DNA of 60,021 nt, the filler included, from Sphacelaria rigidula (Eukaryota), in the NCBI GenBank assembly GCA_964200075.2. It is 4 parts of 4 records of this genome, joined end to end, with 100 filler letters (N's around TTAATTAATTAA, not from the genome) between each part and the next. Parts side by side here need not be neighbours in the genome. Positions count along the whole stretch, not along the records: positions 1 to 14,936 come from CAXNAA020001984.1; 3 more parts are not named here. One strand, written 5' to 3'. Below the pieces are notes generated by a model. It was not told the DNA's origin, did not search any database, and was given only the letters and a program-made list of their open reading frames with translations. Positions 1-14,936 of the stretch are shown piece after piece. Within the stretch, counting starts at the first letter, position 1; every line of letters begins with the position of its first letter. Made by a program: the position numbers and the translations under genes.

Positions 1-2036
1 AGAGTATTACTCGAGTAGTACATTTTACATCCAATAGCAGTGCCGTTTCACCCGGGGATGAAATCGCTCTATTCCCTCCCCCCTCCCCCTCCTCAACGGG
101 AAAAAAATGAGCACATTCCTTAGCCGAACAATATCAAGATGAAGAGGGTGCTCTCCCACGTTTGAGCCATTTGCGGCCGTACACATTGCGGTATAGTTTA
201 GTATGCCAACCAAAAATCCCCCACTTCCTGGTATAGCCTACAGAACACAACCTTGTTCATATTTCCTTCGTGTTATTGCTGTGTACGGTATCGCTCACTC
301 CTTTGTGTATTCATCGATGTATCTTATGCAACCCATCCATGAAATATATCTATGGAGTATCATCAGCACGATCATTCCTCATGTGTGGACGCGTATCCTC
401 GTCTACCCCCCTCCACCCAACGACGACATGCGAAATCCAGCGATTACTGTCGGAGATCTCGATGATATTGAGCGGGAAGCCGCATAAACCGCCTGGTTCA
501 GTGGCCCCTTGGTTGCTGCAGGGGGGGAAAGAGGGCGCGATAGCGCGAAGTAAAGGCAAAGGGGGCAGCGTGTTGGTCGGTGTGGGAGGGCAAAATGTCC
601 CCACGGCCAGGACGTCAATTGATCGCGGGTCGTCAAAGGAGACCGTGAAGCGGGGAGGGTTCCTCAGTAATGTGAGTTTCGCGTCGCGGTACTTGCGTAT
701 TTTTTTTGTCCGTTTTTTCCCCACCAAAGTTGATGGGTACGAGGGGCACGTGTAGTATACTCGAATTAGGGGTATGATGAATACTCGAATAATGCGTACG
801 ATAAGTACATGTTCATATCCATACTGTTCCTTCATGGCGTTAGTTTATCATTAAATTAGTACGACTTTCAGTTGGGTTGCTATTTTTTTCTGTCCATTTT
901 ATTTTATTTTTTTCATGTAGGGGTTATGTTGTCTTTCTATTTGTCTGGTACTAGTTTCGCTGAGGTGGTCAGTCTACTTGAGTAGCGAATGTCTCCTGTT
1001 TCGTTTTGCTTCATATTCAGCACGTATTCAACGCGGTTGATTGACATGCAAATTCCACATGTGCGGCGTATCAAGTTCTGCAAATATTAGTGTTTTTTAG
1101 GCGTTTTGCACACGCATCATACGACGCGTTTCCTATAGTCATTATTTAATCATCGCTGTACAATACTGTGGTGAACACGTTCAGCATTCCCGCTGGCAAC
1201 CCAAACAGCGAAGGGCCTTTAAAGCTCTCTTGTTGCGAGTAAATCGACATCAAAGCACAGCCCGTTCTGGAACACACCCCAAAACCACACGAACGCGAGT
1301 ATCACTGGATTGATCTGATGTGATCTGATCTATTCGTGTGTACCCTATCCTACCTGTGTTGAAGTAATATTATTTGATATTTTTTATAGTAATTCACGTG
1401 ATGACCAATCTTCATGATCAGCACAAGCTGTGCTCTGTTTTTCGATAATATGTCATTTGGAGGAGCCTGTGAGGAACCATCTCATCTCGAAAAACACCGA
1501 CCATTGACGTGACAAGGCTGACAAGGTTTCGTTTTCGAATCCGTTTCCCTCAACTATCTGACGCATTGCGCATTTGCCTCAAGTGCCTGCCGATCGCATG
1601 TGTCTGAACTCGCCTCGCTTCAGGCTTATACTTACTACGCTCGCACGGTTTCTGAAACAATCGTTTACCTTGAAAATAATGGTTCACATACACACAGAAC
1701 CCGTACTAGCATGATAAATAGAGGCCTACCTCGATCTCGCATATAATTTGACTTTTCATTTTTTTCGGTTTTGCTGGGTTGGGGTGACTGCAGATATAGT
1801 TTTTTGTGTCTCGTTCACTGTTGCAGATATACTGTTTTAGGATGCCTCCTGGTACCCGTTTAAATACATGCATTTTCAGACATGCGGTATGTCGTATGTA
1901 GCACTGAAAGGCCAGCACTAGTTAGCCTGAACATGAAGTAATGAAACAAAATAGCCACCACTGACATGCATGCTGATCTGTTTCCCCTTTACAACACCCT
2001 TTTTTTTACTGGTGGATCTATGAATGAATGCAACAG

Positions 2037-5000
2037 CTGGGCCGACGAGATAAGAACGTCGACAAAGAGAAGGGGAGGAAGTTGAAAGAGATGGAGCATC
2101 TAGCAATATTGGCACTCGAGACACTCGGCTCCTTCCGACTCGACGCCTTCGTGCTGCTTCCGTTCGTCAAGTGAGAGCAACTCGGTCTTTTGTTTCGTTT
2201 TCTATACGTTTTTTTAAAATTATTGTTCCCTTTCCTTGTGTCTTGTCTCGCGCCCGTGACGCTGCTTTTGCTCTTCACTAGAATATTTTGTTCATGTCGA
2301 TTTCATTTACAGCTTCCCCTCCCTGCAGACTAGACATACCTCAAGGTAAGGTTTGTTTTTTGCCCGCAAGATCGGGGCGCTGGGGCTATGTCGAGTTGAC
2401 GTGCGTGTGGTGGCCATTCGTTGATCGACTTTGGTGGAATTTTCGCTTGTTGTCAATCACGCTTGTTTTCGTCTTTGACCGTGTGGAGGGCACATTCCTG
2501 CCATTCGTGGAGGCTGCTCCAGCTCGGCTACCTGAGCAATAATTTTACGAAGGAATTTCCTTCGTTCCCTTGCTTTGTACGATTGGATCGTTCTCACGGG
2601 GAAGTTCTGTGTGAATGCTCCGTATCTTGCCCACTAGACTTTGACAAGCATGACTAGAGCATGAAGACAGCCTCTGCTGTAGCAAGTCTCATGGGTAGCA
2701 TCATATGACGATGGCATGCAAGATCATGAGTACCCCCCACCCCCCGTACATGCTCGCCCCTGTGGCAAAGCAATAGAGAAAATAACTCGTATAGTGGCAG
2801 AACGTGAAGTATACAAGGAGAAACGAGAAGTGCTAGAGGAGGAAATGCGGGACGTGAAGGAAGGTAGCATGGAATCGTTTGATGCATTAGACAGTAGCGC
2901 GAGAACGATGATTGTACTAGGGAATAGATGGTGGCCACAGACGGCGAAACAGGACGGGGATAAGATACGTAAAAGGTTTTGTGTGTTGTATGGAAGAAAC
3001 GTGATGAGCACCTAGATGTTGGAGGTGTCGCTATCAGGAGTAGGAACGGTGCTTCGTCTCGGAAGGGATGCGTGGTCAATGGCCAAACGACTAAGGCAAG
3101 CAACAAATGCGTTTGTACGTGAGCATACGCAGGGATGCTTGTCCGATTGGAGATGTGTCGTGTTTGGCGTCATACCACACTGGATGCAGGCGTTACGTTC
3201 ATTTGTTTCCTCGTTGAAGCGCGATATACCATTTTTTCTGCAACACTGATGTTTTTGCTATGAAGATTATTTTTCATGTCCGATCACGGAAACACGGGGT
3301 TCGAGACTTGAAAGGCTTTGAAAGGCTTTGAAAGGCTTTGAAAGGCTTTGAAAGGCTTTGAAAGGCTTTGAAAGGCTTCCCGTGTTTAATAAGCACGTGT
3401 ATGATATTTTGAGCTCGTTGCTTAGTGTTCCTTTTCTTCTTTATTTTGTTCTGCTGATGTTGTCCAATCAGTGATGTCGTGGTGCAGTTCCTGGTGGATC
3501 CAAGCGAAAGCGTCAGGAGCCAGGCGGGCCTCACATGCTGCGATGTTGTGGCCAAGCATCAAGACTACCGCTTTCAAAGGGGACCAACTGGACGGGTGAA
3601 TACACAATTTATCAATGTGGTTTTCGCTTACTCGGGTGACTCGGGTGACTGTCCATACTTTTTTTTCATACCAGCTTCGCACATGTTAGCAATGCAGAAT
3701 TTTGTGCTCAACACACGCACGCGATTATTTCGCTCCTCTTTGTGTTCGTGCATATCCTCTCATATGTTGCTCATGTGCTGCACGATTCCGGCTTGATACT
3801 TTTGATGAAAATATTCAGAGTGCGGTGAAATTTTGCTCATGTGTTACCTCTTGCGGTGCTCTGTGCTCTTCTTTTACTGTCACCTATACATACGGTTCAC
3901 ATTGCACATAAACATGTGTATTTGAAGCATCTACACCTAAGCTTTTATTCGTGAGACAATTTTTTCCATTCATTCATCACAACCTAGAGTATGACATAAC
4001 GTGAACCTCCAAGTCCAGTGAAGATTCCTCCGTTGAACATACAGTAACACCCACAAGTGCGCACCCCCTGCCCTGTCGCTCCAGGTGATCGAAACGGTGC
4101 TGTCAAGGCTGCTGGAGGTGACATTGTCGGATTCTTCTGATGTCGTGAGACGGAAGCTGCTGCGTGCAATGGACGGTCGATTCGACGAAGTGCTATGCCA
4201 ACAGCACCACATCGCGGTACGTGCTGCGTTGGTTTTATTTTCGGCAGTGCCAGTTATCACTGGTCACTGGTCACTGGTCACTGGTCACAAGTAGCAGAAT
4301 TAAAATGGTTTCGACGCTTAGTACACTAGTCGCAATAGGTACACGTTGCAGTTCACTTGACGTGTGCTGTAGCTAATATATATATATATATATATATATA
4401 TCGACGACGAAATAGCTGTGGGCGACTCCTTTCTCTTCATCTTGCTTTACTGTGCGTTCGACAAGAGAATGCTGTAAATCTGTGCCGCCAGTCACTCTCT
4501 CACTATAACACTATTCTATATGCTACAGTCACAATATTTGAGTAGATTTGCGTACCACGGCAACGTCGCTCACCTGCTTTTAATCCACGCTGAGTCCTTG
4601 CCATCTTGGGAACACGAACACACACACACACATTATTGTACCATATCGCTTCAGTGTATGCTAAGAAGGAAGTCTTCCCGCCGTTGTTGTGACTTTGCCC
4701 GGGCTTGGCTTCCTATTCTTGCTTTGGCTTGACACTATGGACAATTGACGGCATTAGCACAGAGTGTACTTAGGTCTATTGCAATGGGCAGTATATTCGA
4801 TAATGCACGCAGCACACTTTTCGCCAACATGATCCGTTTTCCAGGGTGTGGTTTACTTACGGTACCACTCCAATGAATTCCTGAAGCAAACGTCTTCTAA
4901 TCGAGTCATGGCGAACTAACTCAAATCGACTTTGGCTTGAGCTGACGGGGAATGAAATCTTCAATCTTTGTGCCCCTCACTTTTCTTTCCGTGCGCGGTG

Positions 5001-8000
5001 TGGTGTGGTGTGGGGAAATCCCCGCCCCGCTCTCTGCAGACGCTGTTTCTGCTCATGGGAGACTCGAATTTCGAGATCCAGCTGGACGCGCTATCCCTCT
5101 TGGGCAGACTGGCACACCACAACCCGGCCTACCTGCTGGCGCCCCTGCGGCAAACGCTCATGCAAATCCTGACGGAGCTCAAGTACGATCAGGGGGTGCT
5201 AGAGCAGCAGCGTGTGACGCGCAAATTGTGCGCCTTCCTGAGGTGCCCGGCCCTCCAGAATCTCGTGCACCCCTACGTGAAGGGGATCATCGTGTCGTTG
5301 CCTCTGAAAGCGAGATCTGCCAATGAGGTGAGGAAATAGACAGGACACCCCCTCCTCCCAGTTGCACCCACGATTTTCACGCGCAGCTTGATTAACTTGC
5401 CCTCTACGAATCCAGCATCGATCCGCCCTCACTTGCAAGACAAACGTTCCCAAGGTATTTGTGAACGAAAACACTGGCCAATGAAACCTGGAGAAGAAGG
5501 GGCAGACGAGAGTAAAGAGGACGGAGTTAAACAAATAACGAGGACTAGAACAGGTCAACACACACTGACGCGAAGGCGGTAAAGATATGATTACAAATGA
5601 CGCGAAGAGAGATGAAGAAAAATGAAAGGGAAGGGTTGACATGAACAGGAGCACGGAGGATGGCCGGGCACTGCCGCATGGCTTCGGGTGGCTCAGGTTA
5701 GAGCGGGCGTGCAAGATCAGAGACAGAGATACCAAGGCGTGCGGGAGTCGAATACACCAACCACTGAGACATGAACTGTCGCCCGTTGACTCTGTACAAG
5801 CGAATCTTGCTACGACATTGGTGGCAAAAATTACGAGACAAAGTCATGATAAAGAAGGAGGAACGAAAAAATGGAGAAAGGGTAAAAGAGAGAGAGAGCT
5901 GAAGATGAAAAGGTAAAGGAGAAATGAAGACCCACTGATGGAGCAGCACTCGCACTGGAACGTCGTTCGTTGGCATCGGTACGGTTGCAAGCTAAAGGGC
6001 AAACTTGAACAAGCGCAAGAATAATACATGAAAATACGGTAGCGGTGTCGTATTAACTCCGTCTGTCTCACTCATCCTGAGTCAGTACAAGGCGGGTCAC
6101 GCTGTCGATAGCTGTGTACATAGTTTATTCCTTTCTGCTATGGACATTTGCACTTCACGATACATGTGTGTGCGTGTGTGAATTCATAGCTTTTGGGATT
6201 TTTTGTTTTGTTTTTTCCAAAACGTTTGCCCAGTGTTGCTTACTGTACGCTTGCCCAATGTTGCTGTGGCTGTTGCATTTTCTGATCCACGCGCTCCTAC
6301 CCACCCCCTACTAGCCTGGTCCAGCGAAAACCCGGCGTGCTCCGTCCCAGCTTTGTAGGGACGGATCCCCCTATGGGGTTGACGTTGGTTGGCGATGGCA
6401 CTGTAAAAACACGCCCTCACTGCGTAATCTCGGCACCAGGTTACCGATGTTTTTGCGCGCTTGAGTTTTTTTTGCGGTAACCATAATGATGGTCGAGCTA
6501 CATCATACTATGCGGGGTAGGAAAGCCTCAACTCCGCGCAAAGGAGATGATTGTACTACGTAGTGTTTAAATGGTGAGACACCCATGAGGCAGCGTATAA
6601 ACCGTGGCTGTATATAAGGAAGTGGCGATACCAGAAAATGAAGCAACTCATTAGAGGGTGTCATCCAAATGCAAGATAATCAGCAGGCTTCGAGCCGAAC
6701 AATCGTAGCAGGATGCAGCTCACCCTTCATGCGACTCGCCGAGCACACCACGGCGCTTCGCGCTTGGTGATTGAGTGCCAGACTGGTCCGGCGAAAATCC
6801 GGCGCACCCCGTTCCGGCTTGTAGGGGTGCGAGGTCAACGGTCATATAACGTGGCATGCATGATCATGAGTACACCTCACTGTGTCGTGTCCGCGGCATG
6901 CTTGGCTTGTGCACATGCTGTTGATGTTGATGGTGCGACGTAAACCATGAAAATAGGAGGAACAAAAGCTGGCGACGCTGGGACTGGAGGCTCTTGGAGA
7001 CCTCAGCCTCGGGGCGTCGGAGCTGATGACCCCTTACATGAGCGAGCTGATTCCGTTCATCATTACCAGCATGCAAGACTCCACCTCTTCTACTCGACGA
7101 GAGGTGAGTCAAACCAAAGTTTTGTTTTGCACATCACCATGTATTTGCTCATAATTATTATTTTCCTTTTTATTTTTATTTGTGCCTCTTGGATTCGTCT
7201 TGATCAGACGTTTCGAAATAGTTTCGTGTCGGAATGTTTCGAAAGTGGCTACGAGTACGGGATGAGATGGGATGGGTAAGGAGTGCCCTTGGTCGAGGTA
7301 CCCGAAAGTGCTTTGCATACGTTTCATCAATCGATACCCGACATGTCTCACAGGATACCTCGAGTATCGTACTCCACCGTAACCTTGTGTGGAAGCGTTT
7401 TTTGCTTTCTTGTCAGACTAGTTTTGTTGGTGAGAAATGAACCGTTGTTCTTCGAAGCAAGTGATGAGGTACTGTACTCTTATCCTGACCACGTTTGAGA
7501 GCGTCCTTTGTTGGAAAAAATGATTGCCGCGAAGAGTGAATCGTTTTCTCTAAAATCATGAAGCCTCTTCCCTCGATTCTTGTCATTACAACATAAACCA
7601 TGAATCGATACGTCTCGCCACTTCCCTGATCATACGTTCAGTAGTGGAGGGATGTTTTGTTGTTGTTGTTGATGTTGTTTTTGTTGTTGTCTTCACATTA
7701 AGACTCGTTCCGATATCTGCGTAGTACTACTCTGTACTGGGAATCTGATGCGGATGCCTTCCGTGGTCACAGGCTGACTACCCCAAGCTGGGGTAAAAGA
7801 AACAACATAAAATGAAATCGGACCCAACAAAAAATCACACAGACGCGATACAAATATATTGAAAAGCAACGAATAAAATGAAAATGCTAGAAAAGAATAA
7901 AAAGAGGAAGGAAGAAGTACTCCTAGCCCTCCAAGTTATGATGCCTTATGCGACCATTCGGGCTACTGGCCCATTGGTCCGCTCAACACGCGAGGCCAAA

Positions 8001-11000
8001 CAGGAAGGAAGCCAAACTCGAGAGCCACGATCACCAGCCAAAGCGACGAGAGTCGCAGGGTTCTATCCTTGTATCTTCACTATAGCGAGAATGCAGCACG
8101 TTAGGACGAGTCCGTGACATGCGGCAACAAACTCTATTTATAGCGTCTAAAGGGTCTCATGAACGGGTCTATTTTACCCCATAAATCTACGAATTTTTGG
8201 GGGATTTTGTTTTTCTTGTCCAAGAAATGTGAGATCAGATGTTTTGATCAGGTCAGGAAATACATGAATTCAAGACTGACAACAGATTTCTCCGATAATC
8301 CAGCGTCGGATTTTTTCCCCAACATTTTTTTTCTAGAGACGTTGGAAAAAAAGTCCAATCTTTTTGGGAGGGAAAAAAAACTGAAAGATTGCCCTGTTGT
8401 CCAAACCCCTCACCACAGAAGCTTGAACCCTGCTGTCTTTGTCCATGATGCAGGTGAGCCTGTGCACGCTGGGACGCATGATCGGGGCGACGAGGTATGT
8501 GGTGAAGCCCTACATGTGTTACCCCACACTGATGGACAGCGCGTTCGCCATCCTCCGGGCCGCGGACAGCAACATTCCGTGGTCCCTGCGCCGCGAGGTG
8601 CTTCGCACGCTGGGCATTCTGGGTGCTCTGGACCCTTACAAGTACCAGCAAATTCAGCTGCATCTCAGGTGAGTCGTAGAGTTGCTTATTGTGCTTCCCT
8701 TGAGAAAAGAGCGCAACTGTCGATGGGAAGGGTGGTTTGTGAGGCTCGAGTGCGATCATGAAGCAGTGTTGTGAACTCCACTGTCCGGGAAAGATGGAAA
8801 CGAATGATTTTAGTCCGTTTCTCTTCCTTCTCGTTTCGATCGCGATCCTTGTTTCTTGTTTCTTGCTTCTTGCTTCTGGCCTTGCTTGTTTGCGATCCTG
8901 CTATTAATAGGGAAATCTCTTTTTGAAACTTGGAGAGGGGAGAGGGGAGAGGGGAGAGGGGAGGGACGGGAGAAAATTGAGAAGTACTGATAAAAAAGTG
9001 CGCATGAGAAGAATTGAGTGAAGCTGTATCGTGAAAACGTCCTTCGCTCCCTTTTCTTCATCCCTCCATTTTCCATGGCAAGTCAACTAATCAATGTCAC
9101 ACATCAATCAACTAACCAACCAACCGGTTGATCAATCATGCCAGCTGTTTCAAACCGCAGTTGAAATCTGAAATACTACGAATGGTCGTGTTGACATATT
9201 TATATCTTGATGAATGTATACGTCTGCACCTACAACATTTCACGCGAATATTTTTTTTGTTGACAATGTGGCGCATGTCAGGGGGGAACGTCTTCAGAAA
9301 GAATCGCTGGAGGCTGGCACAGGTAGTGCGGCTGATGGGGGGCCCGCGGGGGATGGCTCTCGACAGGGGGCAGGGGGTAGGAGGGGGGGGTCGGCGGCTT
9401 CGCGTGTTGGGGGGAGGATAATGGCCAGTCTCGGTGGAGGCACAGACGGCAACGAAGGTGAAGATGTTTATTGGTCATTATCCATAAGTGTTGATAGAAT
9501 CATAGAATGAGGGGAGGCATGACGGGAGGGGGAGGGGAGGGGGGCTGATATAATTTCCTTTACTGGTCTTGTCTCTCGCCACTGTCGTGAAAATGCGTCT
9601 TTCTGACGTGATATGCCGTACACTGCACGCTATACACTGTCTAACAGAGAAGTGGTCAATGCTTAGTCAACAAACGTGCTCTCACAAGCATGCTCTGCAC
9701 ATCAAGAGTCAACTCAGGAAATGAGTAGAAAAGTGGTGCTGCTTTCTGTGCCTGTGACGTGGGCTTCAAATAGCTTTTACGAAACGGTCTTCGTTATATT
9801 GCTGAATTGAGTTGAGAAGAGAGCACAGATATTCACACATGAGCGCATCTTGTAGAAACCGATGGGTCACTTAATTCTGTTGTATTCAGTCTTTGCTGCA
9901 ACATAAATTTAACGCCCCACCATTAGTGTTTCATCTTCTCTTCTCTTCTCTTCTTTTCCTCATGTTCAAATATCATCATCGAAGAGTCTAATTTGGATCA
10001 TTTCTGAGTGCACCTGAGGGGCGATGGTAACGGGATTTGTTTTTCAGACGAAATCTCGGAAATATTCGGACAGTTTCTACTTTTCCCAACAAATGGGAGA
10101 GTAGGTCTCATAGCCAGGTTAGGCAATAGATCAATATATGACTGACTACAGCTTGTTCCAGCGCCTAATTTTTCCAGCTTTTTTTTTTTGGAAAAGTCGG
10201 GAAAAAAATCTGATTTCTCTGAAAAATTCGACAAGTCTGAAAACAGTGTCGTTAATGACGCCTGTAACCGCAACTGCTGCTGGAAACGTGTTGAAATTGG
10301 GTGCTTGTCCATACTATACACTCCGTCAGACGTTTGTCATACTTCTGTATTTTTCATACTTTTTATCATAGTTTGTCAAGCGGATCACAGGGGTACTTCT
10401 CCCCCATGGGTGTACGACAGGCGAGACTTCGCAAACCGATGCGGCACTTAAAATTCAATCGGCAATGCCGATCGCATTAGCGGTGGAAGTGGAGCAGTAG
10501 CCTGGACCCGGCCAAGCACCGTGGCGCAGGGGCCGATCCACGGCAAAGTGGGTCGTGTCCGTAGCTTCAGCTGATGGCTGTTGAAGGACACGACCTGGGA
10601 CGAGTCAACAAAAGACGCGCCGTACAGTTGCTGTGTAGATGATGCCTTGTGATGCCTTGTATACCACCCTCTACCCACCCTTATCCTATACAGGCGCGGT
10701 GGCTGTGGCGGCGGCCGCACGAACTGCGGCAGAAGCGGCGGCTGCTGCAGGTAGCCTATCCGGCGGGGGCGCGAATACCGGCAAGAGTGCCGGCACTCTA
10801 GGGGGAGACGTGATCAGTAAGGTGGGAGGTCGCAGCCCATTCGTCGACAACCATGACGATGGCCTGTTGCAGGATGATGACGTCGCCCCCCCGGCCCTGG
10901 CACTTATGGATCGCTTCCATGACGGGGATCAGGTATGCATTTTATTGACGAGTAGGTACATGAATCCGTGCGGTTCATCATTTTATGGGGAGAGTGGGAG

Positions 11001-14000
11001 AGGGCGTTCCTTGCTGAAATACGTTGTGAGCGGAAAAGTTTGATGTACGTTTGGACAGAGGATTTGCTTGTTGCGCTATGCTTACTGTCCACTGTCCATT
11101 GCATCGCTGTGACATGTTCTACGATAAGATTTCTGTCTCATACGTTGGTTGGTCATCATCCGCTGCAGCTGTTTTGCTCTGTTATCATCTGTCTTTTGCG
11201 CTTATATCTTGTGTGCATTTGCCGTCTTGTCCTGTTGCCGGCCCGCGCTTCTATCGCCGTGCTCTGGTTTTGGGGTCATGTCTTGATTGCTGCTGTTGCT
11301 ACGGTGTCGCCACATGGTGCCGCTTCGGGTTATCCGGTGGATTATGACACATGATGCCACCATTCTACTATTAACCGTGTCGCACGGTGCTCCTGTCCAA
11401 CCATTCTTGATCTTCCTGTCTTGATCTTGTCACCGACAATTCTGTCACGTTGTCGGTTCTGTGGTGTTTGTCGTGACGTTGCGTGGTGATCAGTTGGCGC
11501 ACACAGTCATGTGGGAGCAGAGTTTCTGCTCTGCCCAGCCGAATCCCCCTGCACAACCCGAACGACTGACGGTGCTGTCGGCGATGTATAATGAAGACGT
11601 CTGCATCCGCGCCCTCATGTCTATCTTGGTGAGTTTACAGCTTCTAGATTCCTTTATTTCTCGTCGTGTATTTCAGTATTTCGTGTCTTGTTGTCCGCTG
11701 TTGTTGATGTGCGCTTTTAAAATCCCAAGCCCCCCAACATTTCTAATATTTGACCCACGTCACCTGGCGATCACGAAACATGTAGTCGATGTTCGTAAGC
11801 AGCCTAGGCTCCGTAACCTCTTCGTTTTTGGCGTCACGCTTTCAACCCCTCCACGTCCTGTGGACGCGTCCCTGGCCTCCAGGGATGCACCCATATCTAC
11901 CCCGGTACAAGCCCTACACTTTGGCCTCCTATTACTTTAGTGCATCCGAAAGTCGCTGAAATGGTGGTTGTTTTGTGTGTTGAAATGGAAATAATTTGTG
12001 ATTTCCTTTGCATCTCCTGCTGCACGAAAGCGATGTGACTTAAATATCACCAAAGCGAATCCGCAGTCTAGTGAATTTTGCAAAGGTAGTCGGGTTGGAC
12101 GTACGGCTCAGTCCTACAGGCACCCTTGGAGGAACGGTAATGGTCTATGATCTTACAAGCCGATACCCCGGTTGCCCTACGGTGATTAGTACTGCAAGTA
12201 CCCTGGGCACCGAGTGCCTGTCTCCGTCTATGTTCCGCGGGTACATGTATCCTGTATCTCGTGACCGCGGTTGGATTGTAGACGGATGGATAAGTTCACG
12301 TTTCTACAACCACTCGATCAACAAGCAGTCAGTCGACGCGAAGTAGGGAAGGTACCGTGGGGTACGGCATCCTTCCTTACAGTATATCGTATCTACACTT
12401 GATGAGTGATGGAACCCACGCGTAGGGTAAAGTAGCCCGCTTTGTTCAAAAGCAGCAGCAGCAGGGGAAACATTATGTTTTCAAGGTGAGTATGTTCAAG
12501 GCAAGGCACTTCGAGAGCGGCCCTGGCAATCGCAAGAAAATCAGGGCATTTGGTGGTTGTTGAGCTGCATCTGATGCGAAAGTCTTCCCAAAATTATACC
12601 CCAAAACCGTATATCGCGTTACTTTGGCAAGAGCCGCACTTGACGCTGCATTTTTTTGCCTGTGGGTTGAGCTTCACCAACGAACAGTTGATGTTTTTTT
12701 CACCTACGATTCCCTGTTGTTCTGTTCTCATTGTGGTCAAGTTGTAATCCACCGAGCGTTTGTCGTTATTTTACCGTGGGGACATGTATCTTCAGTCAGA
12801 TCACGGCCGAGTTTTGTTGCGCATCTGTTGATGTCCATATGACAAAACGATTCATCCTTTCGATTCTTGGGGGAAAAGGGGGGGGGCGCATCACCTGACC
12901 CCCCTCACCATTTTTTACAACTGTTTTTGGCTATTGTCATCCACACCATGCATGCTATGTTGGTGACCAGCGAGATCCGAGCCTGAACGCTCATCACAGC
13001 ATGGTGACGCAAGCGGTAATGCAGATTTTCAAGATCCTGGGAGTCAAGAGCGTGCCGTTTTTGGAGTCTATCCTGCCCACTATGCTCATCGTCGTCAGGT
13101 GAAGGATTGGTGTCACAGATGATGGCTTCCATGCTAGTGTTAGTATTTGTCTTAGTTGCGATATATGTTTTCATCGTGTGTTCGTGTTTTTGTTGTTTTT
13201 GATGGTGATTATTGTTGTTGCTGTCGTTACTCTTACTGTTACTGTCACTGTTACTGTTGCCGTCTTTACGGTTGTAATTCTTCTTATTTCTGCACATTTT
13301 CCAGCTTGTCATAGTTAATCCGAACGTAAAACGGTCTAGTTTTCGCGCTGTGTCAGATTTTTCAATCAAGATTGATTTGATTCAATGGAGGCGCTGTTCT
13401 TCGTACGGGATCAAGGACAGTAAGCTAAGCCCACTATTGGCTGAATTAGAAAAAATAGTAAGTCAACAAACAAATATGTGTGCAAATACTGTACTGCAAT
13501 AACCAGACATGAATTTCACAACGTCCATGCGGTTTTGTTCCTGGTTTATTCAGCGAAAACTGTCTGCTTGGATGCTTCTACTTGGTTGAAGTGCTGGGTG
13601 ACCACATTTCAGCTGGACTGGTCGTTACTTGTTTCTTACGCACGCACGACAACCCGTTTTTAATGATCACGGTTGAAACAGTGATTTTCCAGTGAACATG
13701 AAAATCTTGTTCCCCTCCTCCTTTTCCTTTTCACGACAGCGCCTTCATTCATCATAGGAAGGATAATGGACGATGCGAGGCAGGACTGTGGTTGTCACTC
13801 ATTCGTGGGGCACGTGACACGCGGTAGTTTGTGATATACCTATGACTTCGTGAAGGTGTTGCATTGTGAAGTGAACATTAACACCCCCCTCCCCGTTCCC
13901 CCATCTTGTTATTTCACGCGAATCTTCTGTACCTACAATGATCAAAATCGAATAACAGGCGGTGCGAGGCGGGTCTACGTTCGTCGCTGCTGAGGCAGAT

Positions 14001-14082
14001 GCAGCAGCTTATCCAGCTGCTCAAGAAGCGCATGATACCTTACCTTCCTGCTATGTTTGATCTCATGGAGGAGTGCTGGACG
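2037..14082 (+). CDS. TOR: Target of rapamycin kinase, internal HEAT-repeat exons (partial gene)
   Basis: 11 GT-AG exons with consistent phases: 2037-2170, 3472-3595, 4085-4216, 5040-5327, 6957-7103, 8454-8668, 9282-9457, 10694-10932, 11494-11628, 12971-13098, 13959-14082 (1842 nt, 614 codons, no stop). TOR-diagnostic peptides include [54 protein letters not shown] and [24 protein letters not shown]. Start and kinase domain were not found on this scaffold. Confidence 0.95.
2750..3110 (+). mobile_element. 5'-truncated non-LTR retrotransposon 3' remnant (copy 1)
   Basis: Similar to 31790-32270(-) and 53815-54300(+). Encodes a degenerate PCGKAIE...AE zinc-finger-like segment and ends in the shared motif AAACGACTAAGGCAAGCAACAAATG. 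Lies in a TOR intron. Confidence 0.6.
3308..3378. repeat. 10-bp tandem repeat (TTGAAAGGCT)x7
   Basis: Perfect tandem array visible in a TOR intron. Confidence 0.95.
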
Positions 14083-14936
14083 GTACGTGTTTCTCACTAC
14101 TGTAGTATAATGCTAGCATCGATTGGTGAATTTGAGAGAAAGAAGGTATCGAGATGTGGAATTGGGAGACATTCCTTCATGTTAATGGTTAGTTGAGTAT
14201 CTGATGATTGTTGCCCATTATTTAACTTATCCCCGAGTTATCCAGCCGTGGCGATGTCATGATCATGGCGATGGTCATGGTGACGAGACAGACGCACCCA
14301 AGGCAAGGAAAAGGGAAGTACTTGCGAAAGGGAATTCGAACGAGGGGAGAAGGCGAACAAAGAAAGATGGAACAAACAGAGTAGACTGAAGAAGAATGAC
14401 GGGATAACGAAGAAAAAAGGAGGAGAAAAAAGGAGAAGAAAAAAAGTGAATCCTCATATCTCGACCTCATGTGACCTGACGCGACAATAGCAAGGACGAG
14501 GTCATCTATGGCTGTGCATACAGTTGTGCATACAATTTGTCATGCATTGTCATATGTGCCAAGGTGCGTGCAGAGTAAACGTGACTTTATTTCAGATGAG
14601 GTATCCAAATCTGGGGAGGGAATGACAAGCTTGAGTGGAAATAATCATGTGGGCAAATTTTTCATTATGCCGCAGGGGTCTATAGCGGTTAAAAATAATG
14701 GGACGTGTGACTCAAGGCTAAGGACAAACTCAGCATCGAAGCCGGTGTCTCAACCCTGTACTATTACTATGATAGTGCCGTCGGGGGAATATATACGGTA
14801 TATCAAGATTTTGCACATAATATTGTGAAAAACTTCCGCCCCGTTTTTTTTTTTTTTTTTTTTTTATATTTACGGTATATTATTTTTTGGCAGCAATAGA
14901 TCTCTGTGTGATTCGGGCTGCGGCGTTTTGTTAGCG

